A stretch of DNA of 64,000 nt from Eledone cirrhosa (lineage: Eukaryota), in NCBI GenBank assembly GCA_964016885.1, contig OZ024743.1, positions 186,186,001 through 186,250,000 of the forward strand. Reading direction: 5' to 3'. The position numbers and the translations under genes are program-made. The notes under the pieces were generated by a model. It made no database searches, was not told where the DNA came from, and saw only the letters and a program-made list of their open reading frames with translations. Positions within the stretch are counted from its first letter, which is position 1. Every line of letters starts with the position of its first letter. Of this stretch, positions 1 to 14,931 are shown piece after piece.

Positions 1-110
1 GGTGCATGGCTTAGTGGAGAGAGAATTTGATTCACAATCACGAGGTTGTGAGTTTGATTCCCTGATCAAGTGATGTGTTGTGTCCTTAAGCAAGACACTT
101 TATTTTGCAT
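1..110 (+). mobile_element. 5' part of a second tRNA-derived SINE family
   Basis: tggcttagtgg A box, gagtttgattc B box, gtgtccttaagcaagacactt core; other copies 38125-38385, 40360-40640, 54615-54920 (-). Confidence 0.7.
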
Positions 111-1749
111 TGCTCTTTCTGCCAGGAATTGCAACCAGTAGATAGTATCAGCAATTGAAAGACGAATGGAAACATTGTTTCCTTGGTCTGATTTGATGAT
201 CTCCACTCTACTCAGTAAGTGTGCGAGGTCTGGGATCTTGTCAATCAATTCCTTTCTTTTTGATCTGTTTTTATTGTTTATATATTTCCTTTTTTAACCT
301 CTGTTATTTATCAATGTTTATCAGGGATTGGCTGGTTGGTCTACATAAGACCAGGTTGCTGTGACCATAATCATTTGTAAAATCTCCCAGGGAAAATGAA
401 CAAGCATCAAGTCACATGTTACTTGGGTCATAAATATGATTATGCAATCCTGCAATACAATTATGCAACATGTTGAGTCAAATGACAGAAACATGTAAGG
501 GAGTAATACATCTATTGTTTTTCTATCATTGTTATATGCACACACAATGATGTTTGTTTTTCTTGAGAAAATTATAACTATGTGTAAAAAATAATGCTTA
601 CTCACAATCATATATACACAAACAAATATATATATATATATATATAGTATGTGTGTATATCAATGTTGTGTGTTTAAATGTATTCATGCACATACACATA
701 TTAGAGATACAAGATGTATCTCCGAAAGTTTTAATGGTTTAAATAATAATAGTAGTTGTAATTATTATTATTAATATTTATTATTATTATTTTCATCTAT
801 TTGTATATCAGAATTGAGAACTACAAGAAAAAAAAAAAAAAAATTAGATTTCTCTTTATGAGATCTAAAGAAATTGCCAGAAAGTATTTTCTCTGGGATA
901 GTAGCACTTCCAAGCAAGCATTTCTGATTTCTAAATTGTATTGATACTTGGTTTCATTTTTAGTCACCTAATGCTCAAATTACTACTGGTATCACATTTG
1001 TTGTGCTTTTTGACATTACTGAACACTCTAATATAAGTATTGGATGTTAGTTTTCAGCTATTCTTAATGAAACATATTGTGAAACCCAGTCACAGTATAA
1101 GTTCTTAGCAGCTCTATCATTTTTAAAAAAAAATACAATAGCATTTATGCTTGTCAGTTTTCCTTAAATGTTTTCAACTAAAGGATCAGTTAAAATTGAT
1201 ATTTGCCAATTGAGTAATCCTGACAAATATTGACTTTATAGGGAGACTGAGGTACACTCAATCAATGGCCATAAAAAATGCTAGCCCAGAAGAATTATAA
1301 ATACTACCATAGTAAAGTATGCTCAAATCTCCATTGGAATTCAGGCTAAAAGTAAACATTTCAAGATTGAAATAGTTATAGTATTTAGTTTTGCCCCTTT
1401 ATAGTATGAGTTCAAATTTTGTTGAGGTTGACTTTGTCTTTTGTAATATTTCTCTAGTATAAAAATACCCTAGTTACATATTGAAGATCAATTCAATTGA
1501 CTATACCTTTCTCCTAGAAATTTGTGATCCTATGTCAATATAAGGAATTATTTATGTTGATAGTTATGACAAACAGTAACAGTAGTTATAAAAATGGGCA
1601 CTATAGTAATAAAATATACAAATGGAGAGAAATAAAAGAAATGGGAGATGCACTGATAGGTAAAGAGGATTGGAAACATCCTAGAGTGGAAAGAAACCAA
1701 AAATGTTTGGATTAAACCCTTCCAAATATGTTATAAATATTTGCTAGTA

Positions 1750-2120
1750 GAGTTCAACAAATTTATCATTGAAAGCCCTACATCAGTTCCAAAGTTGATT
1801 ACCATTCCTAAATTCCAGATCTGAAGACACCTCCAGCCTAAAGAATTACACATTTGTTTTATGCCTGGTAATTACATTGAAAATGTATTATCAAAGAAGA
1901 TATATATATTCATTATTGGTTAAGCAATGACCTACAATTAGTATCACTGAAAGGCTGCAGAAAGGGATTCTGCATCTGTAAGGACCAACTGATGACCAAT
2001 AAATAACTTTGAAAGTTGACAGTGTGGAAGGATTGCAAATTGTGGAAGGATTACACTGACATCATGGAAGGATTATAGAAAGCTTTTTGACAGTGTCTTT
2101 ATGACTTGATCATTAAAGAT
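1750..2120 (+). mobile_element. Decayed R4/Dong-like RT fragment
   Basis: KGCRKG..CKDQL and DYRKAFDSV-like remnants with frameshifts. Confidence 0.6.
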
Positions 2121-2379
2121 TTGAAACCTCTGTATAAGCCCATGTATATGTCTATGAATTTTTATGTAAGTATATGTATTTATCTGTATGTTGCCGTTTG
2201 TATATAAGTATGAATGTATGCATGTGTGTGTGTGTTTACACAAGTAATATAACCATACTTAACAAACCTTCAATAAGGTCAGTTTTCTGGACCGCTCAAT
2301 AATACTGGTAAAAGACATGTAATATACATTATTAATTAATTAATAAGTGATAGAATTAATAATAATGGCTTCAAATTTA

Positions 2380-3595
2380 AACACAGTACCAGAATGACTG
2401 GTAGTTTATTCTATTAGCTTTGGAAGGGTGAAAGACAAAGTTGACCCCGGCACTATTTGAAATTAAAGGGGTGAGCACAGTTGGTTAAATTAATCCCAGT
2501 ATTTACTTTATCAAACCCGAAATGGAAAGTCAAACTTGACAGTAATTGAACTCAGAATGTAAAGGAACACAAAAAAATACTACAGCACATTTTTACCTAG
2601 CTCTCTAGTGATTCTGCCATCTACCAATCTAATAATTTTACTAATAATTTCTAATATAAGAACATTTGGGGGAGAGAGTATAGTTTATTATATCAAACCT
2701 CAGTCCTTAACTAATACTTTATTTCATAGCCCCTGCAAAGGTGAAACACAAATCTGACTCCAGCAGGATTTGAATTCAGAATACAAGGTATTTTTTTCAA
2801 TATTCTACTGAGTTAGCCATCAACTGCTCGAATAATGATAATTGTTTCTACTTTTGGCACAAGGCCAGCAATTACCCAGTGCATTGATGGTACTTTATTT
2901 TATTGACCCTGTAAGAATATAATAATAATAATGGTTTCTTATATAAGCACAAGGCCAGCAATTTTTTGGGAGGAGAAAGTTGATTAAATTGATCCCAGTT
3001 GTTTCTACTTTAGGCACAAGGCCAGCAATCTTTTTAGGGGAAGGGGAAAGTCGATTAAATCAACCCCAGTGCATGACTGGTACTTTATTTTATCGACCCC
3101 GTAAGGATGAAAGGCAAAGTCAACCTCGGCGGGATTTGAACTCAGACCGTAAAGGGCGTAACTCTATGATGCAAAGCATGGCGTCCGACCCTCCACTAGT
3201 ACTGCCAATCCACCACCATTAATAAAATAATAATAATAATAATATGAATAATGATAATAATAATTGTTTCTGGCACAAGGCCAGCTATTACCCCAGTGTA
3301 TTACTGGTACTTTATTTTATCGACCCCGTAAGGATGAAAGGCAAAGTTAACTTTGGCGGGATTTGAACTCAGAATGTCAAGGGCCATAACTCTATGCGTC
3401 CAAGCATCGCATCCGAGACCTCTACCGATACTGCCAATCCACCACCCTTAATAATGATAATAATAATAAATTCTAACACATGCAGAATGCCACAAATTTG
3501 GTGGAAGGGATCAGTTAGTTAAATTGACTGGTACTTTATTTTATTGATTCTGGAAGGCTGAAAAGCAAAGTTAACCTCTGTGGGATTTGACATTA
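2380..3595 (-). mobile_element. Cluster of about 6 head-to-tail copies of the same SINE family, of different ages
   Basis: Repeated ggtactttattttatcgaccccgtaaggatgaaaggcaaagt cores; full copies at 2998-3218 and 3262-3448. Confidence 0.85.
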
Positions 3596-4016
3596 GACAG
3601 CATCAATATATTTTTTATCATTTAATAAATATACTATATATATATTATAAATTGTGAGATTCAAAACCAAAGATATATAGCGTAAGATCATCATCATTGT
3701 ACAATATTTCCTGTACATGTCATATTCATAATTTCACATCAGTATTTATTTATTTATCAGAATAAAATCATCCACCATATCATTTATATATAAGATTATA
3801 TTTGTCATTTTCAAACAGATATTTAATGGTATATTAGGATGTGAAGTTTTTTAAATCCTAGCTTTATTGTTATTGTTAGTGCTTAAAGGTACATATAAGT
3901 ACATCATCTGAATAATGGACATAAATTTTCCATGTTTCTGTTCATTTATTTTTTCTTAAATTCAACGTTTCATCTTTTTTCTTATTATTATCTATCAAAG
4001 CAGGGAAATGAATAAT

Positions 4017-4199
4017 TGTTTCTACTATTGGCACAAGGCCAGAAATTACCCAGTACATTACTGGTACTTTATTTTATCGACCCCGTAAGGATGAAAGGCA
4101 AAGTTAACCTCGGCGGGATTTGAACTCAGAATGGCAAGGGCCGTAACTCTATGCGTCAAAGCATGGCGTCCGACCCTCTACCGATACTGCCAATCCACC
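4017..4199 (-). mobile_element. Young tRNA-derived SINE with 17-bp target-site duplication
   Basis: A box TGGCAGTATCGG, B box GAGTTCAAATC, core GCCTTTCATCCTTACGGGGTCGATAAAAT; TSD gcagggaaatgaataat at 4000-4016 / 4200-4216. Confidence 0.9.
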
Positions 4200-4439
4200 G
4201 CAGGGAAATGAATAATGAGAAATGAAACTCCAGTTCAAAGTAAATTAGAAATACCTTAGAATGATCCACATAGATACAGAATTCTCTCTTTTATATTTTG
4301 TACATTCATTCTTTTAAATTCATACATACTTATGTATCACACACACACATCTATAGCTATCTATTTATTTATCTATCTACACACACATATATATATATAC
4401 ATTTCTTTTCTTTCTCCTGTTCTTTCTTACACATACACG

Positions 4440-4472
<33 letters not shown>

Positions 4473-5839
4473 ATCTCTCTCTTTCTCTTTCATGTACACT
4501 AACATCCAAAACTTGTTAATTTATTTAGTTAAGTTAAGTGTTTGTCGCATGGCAACATTGGCTAGAAGTTCCACAAAAAGACCAAGATGGAAAGCATCAC
4601 AGTCAGATCACATAGCTTTAAAAAAAAAAATTTTAATTAAGATTTTCAAAATATGATCATATTGAAATATTAAACCACCCCCACAAAACAAAGTTAAGTA
4701 AAATGAAATAATCCCTCCCCATACAACAAATAGAATACAACTAACAGTGGATCACCAAGAACAACACACACAAACATGCACTCATCCACTGAGATATGTT
4801 TATAAACCCCATAATAAAATAAGAAATATAAGTATTATATAAATTTATTATTTTTCTATATGTCAAAGACTAAACCAATGTGAAGCAATGTTGTTTTCAT
4901 CTTAGATGGGAAAAACAATGACTAGAAAATCTTTTGTAGCAGTTGGACACAGAAAGCAGAATCATAAACAGCCAACATAGAGGTCTGGAGAAAGATTAAT
5001 ACCAGCAAAAGAAAAGTGATAAAAGCAAAAGAACAAGGGGTATATGTGGGATAAAAAGACTCTTTTTCATTAAAGGGAGTATATGAGTTTTCTGTTTTTA
5101 ATCATTTATTTTAATTAAGAATAAATGCTGAATGCAATTCGTTAAAAAAAAAACAGAAGGAAAGACATTTTCCACGTATTTCCCCCCTTAACTTGAATAT
5201 AATGCTTGCTCATGCTAGAACAGAATCACTGTTGTAAAGCAATAGAGTTAGAAATTGAAGAATATGAACCATAAGAACATGGACAAGATTAAAAACTGTT
5301 AATGGACTTTACTCTGAAATTAGATTCTTTCAACTATATGTTATTCAATGCATCTCTTATTTTGAAATGTTTTTTTTTTTAGATTTTCACAATTTTAGTG
5401 GGGTCTGTGGTTGTTTGAATATGAATAAAAGTACTCTTCTGTAATCAAAGAATAAACACTCATTGAACTCTCTTTAGGCCTTCCTTCAACTGAAATATAA
5501 TAGGTCTTTTAGAGAGTAAATTCATATTTTTTCTGCCCAAAATATATAAAAAGAACATATTGAATAAGAGGTGCCAGCTGACTCAACCAATTGTCTTACA
5601 CAAAATGTGAAAAAGGAATTATATTCTATTCTTTCTCCAATGTATTGCTTTACTTTTCCTGTTTTCCAAGAGGCAACTCCATCAGGATTAATGGCAATCA
5701 ATGAGTTTAATGATTTTTTTAATTTTTAGAATAAAAAGATTTTTTTCTTCCCTGTGATAAAAATATTTAATACGCCAGAAGAAGAAATATTTAGTTTAAA
5801 ACTGTTGAATGCTTAAACCTTTTAGGTTGAATAAACTTA

Positions 5840-5887
<48 letters not shown>

Positions 5888-6028
5888 GTATATATATATA
5901 AGTGTATATATATATATATATATAAGTGTATGTATATATATATATATATATATATGTGTATATATATATATATATATATGTGTATATATATATATATGTA
6001 TATATATTTATGTTTATATATATGTGTA

Positions 6029-6152
<124 letters not shown>

Positions 6153-8719
6153 AAGAGAGATTTTAAATATTTTTTATCTAAACATATATGAAAAATCAAT
6201 ATTACATGTTAGACAATATAAACTTTTATTCATCATTTACATAAGGTAAAATCTATATTGAGTCTGATTCAATTTGAATGTTAGACTATGATTTCATTTT
6301 ATGTTACTTATATTTTCTGCTTATTATTTGTGTTGGTAAAACCTGAAATCCTTGGAGTAGCACAAATATAAGAAGGAAAGTGAAAAAAAAAGGATAGATT
6401 TATAACAGCAGAAAGAATTTTGGCTTATTAAATTGTTGATTATAGCAGATTAAAGTAATAAATATTTGAAACCAAGCATATGAACTGCAAGAGAGAATGT
6501 TAGGTATTTTTTTGTATTTCTTCCTAGAGAGAAAAATAATGAGAAAAACAATTCACTCAGAATTATTTGTAATTCCACTCTATCAATAAACTGCCTCACA
6601 CAGATATATATTGAGTTCCTTGAAAACACATACAAACATAGACACCCCCTCACAGACATAGAAAACATGCTGAGGAAAAGTATAAAATCTTTAAGTTTTA
6701 AAAATCAATATTGTTGACTGCAATCAGAAATAGATGCAAATCATTATCATCATCACTGCCATCATCATCATTCTCATCCTCATCATCTTCATTGTCAAAA
6801 ACGCTACCATAATCCCTACCCTAACACCCAATTCTCCAACCAAATCTCCACTGTAATGCACAAATCTCAACTAAACAACTCCATCAATTGCACAACTATT
6901 TTATTTTTGTTCCTTCCCAATAGATGTGTTGAAATATGGTGTTCCTTTTACATGCTTGCCAATTACCTCTATTTTGTTGTCAAGGAAACATTTTACCTTT
7001 AAAACTCAAGGTTGCTCTTCTATAGATAAATAGACAGAGGTGGTATGAAGTCTGAGGTCCTGATCAAGATTAAGAAATATATTAATTTAGGTAGTTTACT
7101 TGCAAAACTAATTCAGAGAAAGTAATAAAGAAATCGAATATGATTCACCAAACACAAATTTTCAATGCTTGGAAGAGACTGTAATCATGTAATATCCTAT
7201 TTGCATTACTGCAGCCCTCTGAAAAAAAAAACACCCTACTACATTCTATACTTTCCACAATGATTCAAGCAAACTACAACATCTTCATATATTTATATAT
7301 ATATATATGCATATGTTTTAGTATTAGACACTGTACTAGTTGGCTGTATAGATTATTGCTTGGTACATTGTCTTTGTATTAAATGTTAAATGAACAAGAA
7401 TTACCAACAACAGAAGGAATGCCAATTAATCACACAAACTTGACATTTCTGGTTTCCACGTATACAGTCATCATCATCATAATGTCATCTTTACTTGTCA
7501 CAAACACTGGACGTTTTGTTAGCCTCTTGCAAAGCATCTCTCTAGAGTGTTCATTCCAGGGATAGGTTTTGATCCATGTTCCAGGATTTCAGATCATCCC
7601 TGATTAACTCTTCCCAGGTTTTACATGGGCGCCCCCTTTCCCATCTACCAGGGACCACATAATTAACCACATAATTCTATATCATACTATCACAATTATT
7701 TCCTATTTAAAAAATATTTTCTTTTTTTTTTATAATCCACAATTGTTTTAGCATTTGTAATAAAATGGCTGGAAACAGATACTGAAACAAAGGTACAGAA
7801 TAGGAATATATACTGAGATGTTACAGTAAGTCTATTAACAATATTTATGATGTTATTCTTCACATGAAACTCTAACTATGTTTTACAGAACCTTAAACTT
7901 TACATTGATCAAACCATATTCTTCAGTTCTATTTTCATTCTGAGAATATCTGTTGATTACCATTTGATGAAAGTTCACCAAATTTCACTGAAAAGTATTT
8001 CCAATCATTACAATTATGAGTAAATTGTAATACATCATAATTCAGGATTTTCCAGAGAATATATATATTTTGATCATGGATATGATGAAGAAGGAAGATA
8101 GAGGCTATCTTTTGTTGTGAAAACCAAACCAAACAAACAAATCTGATCTGATAACTAAGAGTAATAATGTATATTTTGGCAATAGCTGCTAATTTAACCA
8201 GATGTTAGCAGATTCCTGGATAACTTGAAAGTAGATGAGGGTTAAGTTAATTCTATTATTCTGGGGTTCAACACATTGGAAATCTTAGTTAAGAAATAAA
8301 TAAATTATTTATGAAAAATGTATTTACAAATTTCCAGTAACAAGATACCATATTTCCCGAGAGATCAAGTGAAGCTAGTGATGAAAGTTTCATAGAAGAT
8401 GTTCCTACCTTGAAAGACAATATTTGACCTGCCAAGTGATTATAATGTTTCAGGAAAGAATCGCTGGACAGACTTTATGGGCCAAATTAACCAGCAGGGG
8501 ACCCAGGGGTAGATCCCGAACATGGCTGGTCATGCTTTGGGATCCAGCTGGATCAGTTGCAAATGGTTGCTTTTGACAGGACCTGCTGGAGGGAGTGTTT
8601 GAGGACTCTTCCCCCATGACCCTCTCAGGAATAATAATAATAACAATAACAAGAAGAAGAATAACAAGAAGAAGAAAGAAAGAAGATGATGAAAGAAGAA
8701 AGAAGAATATCAACAACAG

Positions 8720-11250
8720 GACATTATATTAGACTACCAAACTGATGTGGTTATCAAAATAAAGAATTGCCTCCTGAAAATATTGGGTTTCACTGGATTC
8801 AGTCAAGCAGAATACAATACATTTTGGTGGAATGCATTGAAGGAAGGATAACAATATTGGTTTGGAAGGAGTAGCTATAATTCTGACCATAAAGATATAT
8901 AAGGAGATGTTGATTGGACGCCAGTGAGTGAATAGTTGATTACAGCAAGAATAGTATTCCTTTAAACAAAAGAACCATTTGACTCAATACTATGTCATTA
9001 TAGGGAAATATTTTCATAAAAACAAATATGCTTTCTGTCATAAGGTTCAGAACTTAGTAAAAGGAGAAAAATCTAGTTATCATAAAGTATTTTAATGCAC
9101 ACATTAGTAATGACAACACATTTAAGATATTTTGTTAGCATTATATACTTGAAGAGTATAGCCTATAAACTGAAATTGGTACAGCATATTTTGTTGATTT
9201 TTTTTTCTTTGCATTGAGCACTGAATTATGTGTCAGTTGTATGTTTTATATAAATTATAGAGGCTAATTGATTCATAATCTCAAGGCAACAAACATTGTT
9301 GTTTCACTTCAGGTCAGCCCTGATCAAATAAAGATGATCAAAGATCCAACAACTGTGATCATCTTATCTTTTCTGCAGACAATAAATTTAAAATTACAAT
9401 ATTCAACATGTCTTTCATTAATTAAGACAGCATGGTGAGATTTAAGAGGAATCTGGTTGCTATTTTCAGCAGATCAAGCAGCCATATAATGAGTCCTTCA
9501 TTGAAAAGCTGTTTGATTAAAGACAGCTTCTTGAGTAACATAGAAATTTATGTAAAGGTTGGTTTAACAATCTTCCAGAACATCAAAGGTATCTATCTAT
9601 AAGAACACTTAAAATATAACTATTACACTAAAATGCCATACTAGTCCATCATATTTGTTTAGTAAATTGAGGAACTGTCTTGATGGAAAAGTGCAAGTAA
9701 AAAAAAATGTTAGTTGGAATGAAATCAATATGTGATGTCACAGAGATATTAACTGAAGATAAAAAAAAGACATTAACCTTTGAAAGCATGCAAGTTCATT
9801 AGACAATAAGTTTCAATATGTATATAAAGAAAGTCAGTGGAAAACAAGACAAGAGAAGAAAAGTTGTAAGTTCTTTCTCTAACCAACTGTGTACCAAACA
9901 GAAAGATATCAGAATTACATTTAACATTGTATAGAAAATGACAAGTGAAGTAATTATGAGCAAAGACTCCCAGGAATGGTGAAAACCTTTCAAGAGAAGG
10001 ATACAAGCTAAAAGGATAGGCAGAACTCCTGCATGAGGCTTTAAATAGATGAAGGCCATCAGTTAAGGTCAATATTAAAATGATGAGGATCTTGATATAT
10101 CTACTGAGATTATCACAGTATCAGAAGTAACAGAAGCAATAACAAGGATGATAAAAATCACAAAGTTCCTTGACTCAATGGAATAAAGGTTGAAATGTTA
10201 AAATGACAGAAAGCATTGTAATATGGCATGATCATAAAGGAAAACCCCTAATATGGGAAATTATTTGTATAATATATATACAAATAAAGAAAATATCTTC
10301 AATATTTAATAATGATTTTTAATTTAAGCACAAGGCCAACAATTTTGTAGAGAGGGGAAAGTCGATTACATCGATCCCAGTACATGACTGGTACTTTATT
10401 TTATCAGCCTCAGAAGGATGAAAAGCAAAGTTGACCTTGGCGAGATTTAAATTCAGAATTTGAAGGGCAATAACTAAATGCCACAAGATATTTTGTCCTG
10501 CATGTTAACAATTCTGCCATTCCACCACCTCTTCAATGTTTAATAATGGAAAGAAATACCACTTCTATAATTTCCTAGAAAAGTGTTCAGTTGAATAATC
10601 AAAGTTTTTGAGAGAGGATTAGATGGTGAACAAACTGGTTTCTGTTCACATGTTGTCTAAACTGAGGAAATTATCACACAGAATATACAAGGAAGTTGGG
10701 CAAACTGTTTTGATAAATTTCATAAACATTTTATCTAAGGTATTTAACAGTCTTCACAGACCATTATTATTTTGACACACTATGGTACACCATATTTACT
10801 GACAATGAAATTATAAAAAGATCATTTATATTTTAATTTGGTTACATTGGTATGAGAAAGCTGAATGTATTTCATCCAAAGTGGCTCAGAAAAATTATGA
10901 AGCTCTCCTGGGGAGATTGGATTATAATTGAAGATTTCCTGAGGAGAGCAAAACATGACTGCGTCGTGAGATAATTTATGGAATGATAGCTCCATCTAGC
11001 TGGCCACATTCTCCATCTACCTGATCACTGGCACCCGAAAACAGTGATGACTTGGAATCCTCCAGGATGCAAATGGAAAAGGAGCAGACTGAAGATCATC
11101 TGACAGCAGGCATTTTAAGATGATTTGAAGGCCATTAACACCACTTGGAACAGATATTAAAGAACAGCAGTGGATCAAATGTATTGGAGGAAGCTTGTTG
11201 CCCAAAGTGCTACCCAGTGCAGGAGGGCCTAAGTCTAAATAAGTAAGTCT
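8720..11250 (+). mobile_element. Highly decayed RTE LINE (APE to 3' tail), interrupted by other repeats
   Basis: GVAIIL..W.PVSE, EQTGF, WNPPG..KR remnants; taagtctaaataagtaagt tail. Confidence 0.55.
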
Positions 11251-11902
11251 GCTTTGTTATGGAAAAACAGTTGAAACTCTTTTGCCATACAACTGAGTTG
11301 CTAACAAAACTTACATTAGCTGACATTCTGTCATTTGTTGACTTCTATAGCCATATCTAAAACTGCAATGTGATCAGCAAAGTTAGTTGTATTTATTAAT
11401 CTATTATAATTTTTCAAACCATTTATGGTTATTTGTCACGATCTTAATAAGAACTAAAACTACCAGTGATTGCAGCAAAACACTTCAATTTTTCTGTAGA
11501 GCTAATAACAAAATCTTTTCAGAAGCTGAATGGTCACAACATTCTTCAGATATATTTTCTGTCGAGTTTCTTAATTTTCTTAATAATTTATTAACAATTA
11601 TATATATTTTGGAAGCATACATTTGAAAACTGACTCTAAATTGGGCGAAATTATACATTGCATACACATGAATGCACATACACACACATGCATGTACTTA
11701 TATTTTTGCTGTTTTCAGTTTTGAGAATGTGGTCATGCTCAGACACCACCTTCAAGCATTTTAGTACATTTTTTCAGCCCCAATTGTACTTTTTCTATTG
11801 GCTTATTTATTGAATGACTAAGTTCACCATGTAATTTGACAAACAAAATATCACAAGGTATTTTTGTTCAACACACCAATATATTAATACACACACACAC
11901 AC

Positions 11903-11936
<34 letters not shown>

Positions 11937-12552
11937 TATCACCACTGTGTGACATCTATTTTCCATGCTTGAATGGATTAGATAGGCAGTCACATTCTGC
12001 GGCTAGACCAATCAGGTGATCATGTCTAGATCATACCTCCCATTTTGGGTTAGTTTTCTATGGATGGATATCTTTCCTAAAACCAACCACTTTACTGTGT
12101 ACAGTGGGAGCATTTTATCATGGCATCAGCACTACCACACTACAGTGTGTGCTGGCAGCAATTTATTGTGGTGTTAACACTACCATCTTATATATATAAT
12201 ATAATATATATATATGGGACACACAGCCATGACTCAATTTCCTATCTCTCTATGCAAGCTAGCTTTGTGGAATGGATTATACAGCTATAATGAAGGAGAT
12301 CTTTACTGTCTGTATGTTATATACAAAGGGTATAAATGTTTCCCAAAACACTCATACATTGTTGTACATTTACATTCACATATAAATATATACATACAGA
12401 GAATAAACACTTTCTTGAGTTTTCTCTGTATTTAAAAATGGCCTAGACATATAAAATGTGCGTAAATATTTCCAGTTTTATTACACAGAAGAGACAGAAA
12501 ACTGAATGTAGACTGTAACATATAATATATATAAAAAACATGTGTGCATGTG

Positions 12553-12618
<66 letters not shown>

Positions 12619-12989
12619 AATATATACATAAATTAAAAAGTTATTTGTCTCTAATACTTAGACATCTCAATGAAAGGATAAAATATACAGATAAATTATC
12701 TAACTCAGAGAAGTAAGTAAACATATTAAACTGAAGTCAAATCTCAATTTGGGGGGATATAAGCCAGATTGACTAAAATATATATGGCTTATACCTCCAC
12801 CAAATTGAGATTTAGCTTAAGTTTAATAATAATAATTGTTTCTACTTTTGGCACAAGGCCAGCAATTATCCCAGTGCATTACTGGTGCTTTATTTTATCG
12901 ACCCCGTAGGCAGGATTTGAACTCAGACCATAAAGGACCATAACTCTTTGCTGCAAAGCATGGCATCAGACCCTCTACCGATACTGCAT

Positions 12990-13048
<59 letters not shown>

Positions 13049-13062
13049 CTAAATATATATAT

Positions 13063-13402
13063 TCTTTTACTGGTTTTAGTGGGGCATAACCTTTTAAAAG
13101 GATTTAGTTGATTATATTGACCTCAGTACTTAATTTTTTTTAGGTCTGGTACTTTATATTACTGGCTTCTTTTTGACAACCTGATAAGTTATGAGACAGA
13201 AACATAGTTATAGGCAGATTCACACACATGTATGTATGATAGCCTTCCACACAGCTTCAATCTACTAAGTTATTTTAAGAAGGCATTGGTTAGGTTAACC
13301 TAAGGCTATCATAGAAAACACTTGCTGAAAGTGCCACACAGTAGAAGTGAACCCAAAACAATGTGGTTTCAAAGTGAACTCCTGAACTACACAGCCATGC
13401 CT
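13063..13402 (-). mobile_element. Older tRNA/CORE-like SINE
   Basis: tRNA-like head (ggcatggctgtgtag...ggttcacttc) and cttgc..aagtgccacacag core. Confidence 0.55.
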
Positions 13403-13459
13403 ACAACTTTTAGACATGTCTCTTGTAATAAGTGGATACCCCAGGGCATGTTCTAGGAT

Positions 13460-14148
13460 CACCGTAATTTATCATCAACCTTATCGTGTAGAAGCTGATA
13501 GGTACTCTCAGCCAACCTAATGAGTTACACCGCTAACACAAAATATGATGACTATTTAAACTAGAGAAAATGCCATTTCACTCCAGAATGAGCTAAACCT
13601 CATTTATCAATGGGCAGATGAAAATAATATGAAATTCAATGCATCAAAATTTCAGATTCTTCATTACAGAGAGGAAACACACAATACAAATTATTTGAAA
13701 CCAGATAACACAACAATTCAGTGTTAATTTCACACAGGATGTAGGAATAATCACGTGAAATGATATATATTTCCATGAAACACCTCACCAAACTGACCTC
13801 TAAATGCAGACATCTCACTGGATGGATCCCAAGAACATTCATAACAAGAGAACAAGTAGTTATGCTGACTATATGGAAAACCTTAGTGTCGAGTATTACT
13901 GTTCACAGATTTGGTCTCATAGAAGAAACTGAAGGAGAACATTAAGTAGTAAAATAACTTTGGTCAAAGGTCTTAATTACTGGAAATGTCTGAAAAATTT
14001 GTGTCTCTACTCCCTAGAATGACAAAGATACACACACATACACACATATGTGTGTATATGTATATATATATATATATGTATGTATATGTATATATATATA
14101 TATATATAAATGTATGTATATATATGTATATATATATATATATATATG

Positions 14149-14203
<55 letters not shown>

Positions 14204-14212
14204 GTATGTATG

Positions 14213-14263
<51 letters not shown>

Positions 14264-14278
14264 GTATTGTTCACTTTC

Positions 14279-14317
<39 letters not shown>

Positions 14318-14790
14318 TAACCATTATCGAGGACAATCTTTTCACATTGCGGATAATCAACTTGACTCTGCAAGGTGAAACAATTGTCCTCAATAATGGT
14401 TAATTAATAGTTGTGGAACTAACTTCTACCAAACTCATCCCATGGACTGAGTGCTCTACTACTACGGATATAACCTCCCAGTGTTCTACCGCTATATATA
14501 TATATTTATATATATATATATATTGTTATTTAGGTATAGAAGATGCTGGAAGAGCATGTTCCAAACTGTGGCATGAAAGAAACTGTTAATGTATGAACTA
14601 GTAGGTAACTGCCACCTTCCAAATATACCAGCTTCAAAAACACTCTATTATACCAGCCTGATATTTAGAGGTCTTCAAGTGTTCAACTACCCACCTAAAG
14701 AAATCAGAAATATAAAAGGCACCTCTATTGAAACATTAGAAATAAACAAACATTCTATGAACTTCTATCTAGGATAACAGACCAAGGATA
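13460..14790 (+). mobile_element. Decayed CR1/Jockey-like LINE split by a TA tract and hairpin insert
   Basis: GWIPRTFITRE..MLTIWKTLV, YCSQIWS, FRG.QVFN..PKEIRN. Confidence 0.6.
14315..14493. mobile_element. Fold-back insert in (TA)n: hairpin 14315-14405 plus tail
   Basis: aattaaccattatcgaggacaat ... attgtcctcaataatggttaatt; GAAACAATTGTC hammerhead 3' half; TA tracts on both sides. Confidence 0.7.
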
Positions 14791-14829
14791 TATATATATA
14801 TATATATATATAGATATATATATAGATGA

Positions 14830-14878
14830 GATTCTACAGGACTAGAACTGTTTCATTCTTTAGAAATCATCAGGAATC
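14830..14878 (-). ncRNA. Type I hammerhead ribozyme, left arm of hairpin insert
   Basis: GAUUC-CUGAUGA-UUUCUAAAGAAU-GAAACAG-uucuaguc-CUGUA^GAAUC; stems I and III pair fully, GUA triplet. Confidence 0.75.
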
Positions 14879-14883
14879 CCTGA

Positions 14884-14931
14884 GATTCCTGATGATTTCT
14901 AAAGAATGAAACAGTTCTAGTTCTGTAGAAT
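14884..14931 (+). ncRNA. Type I hammerhead ribozyme, right arm of hairpin insert
   Basis: GAUUC-CUGAUGA...GAAACAG-uucuaguu-CUGUA^GAAU. Confidence 0.7.

Noticed and set aside
2998-3218. tRNA-like A/B boxes
   Set aside because: SINE heads; no complete cloverleaf.
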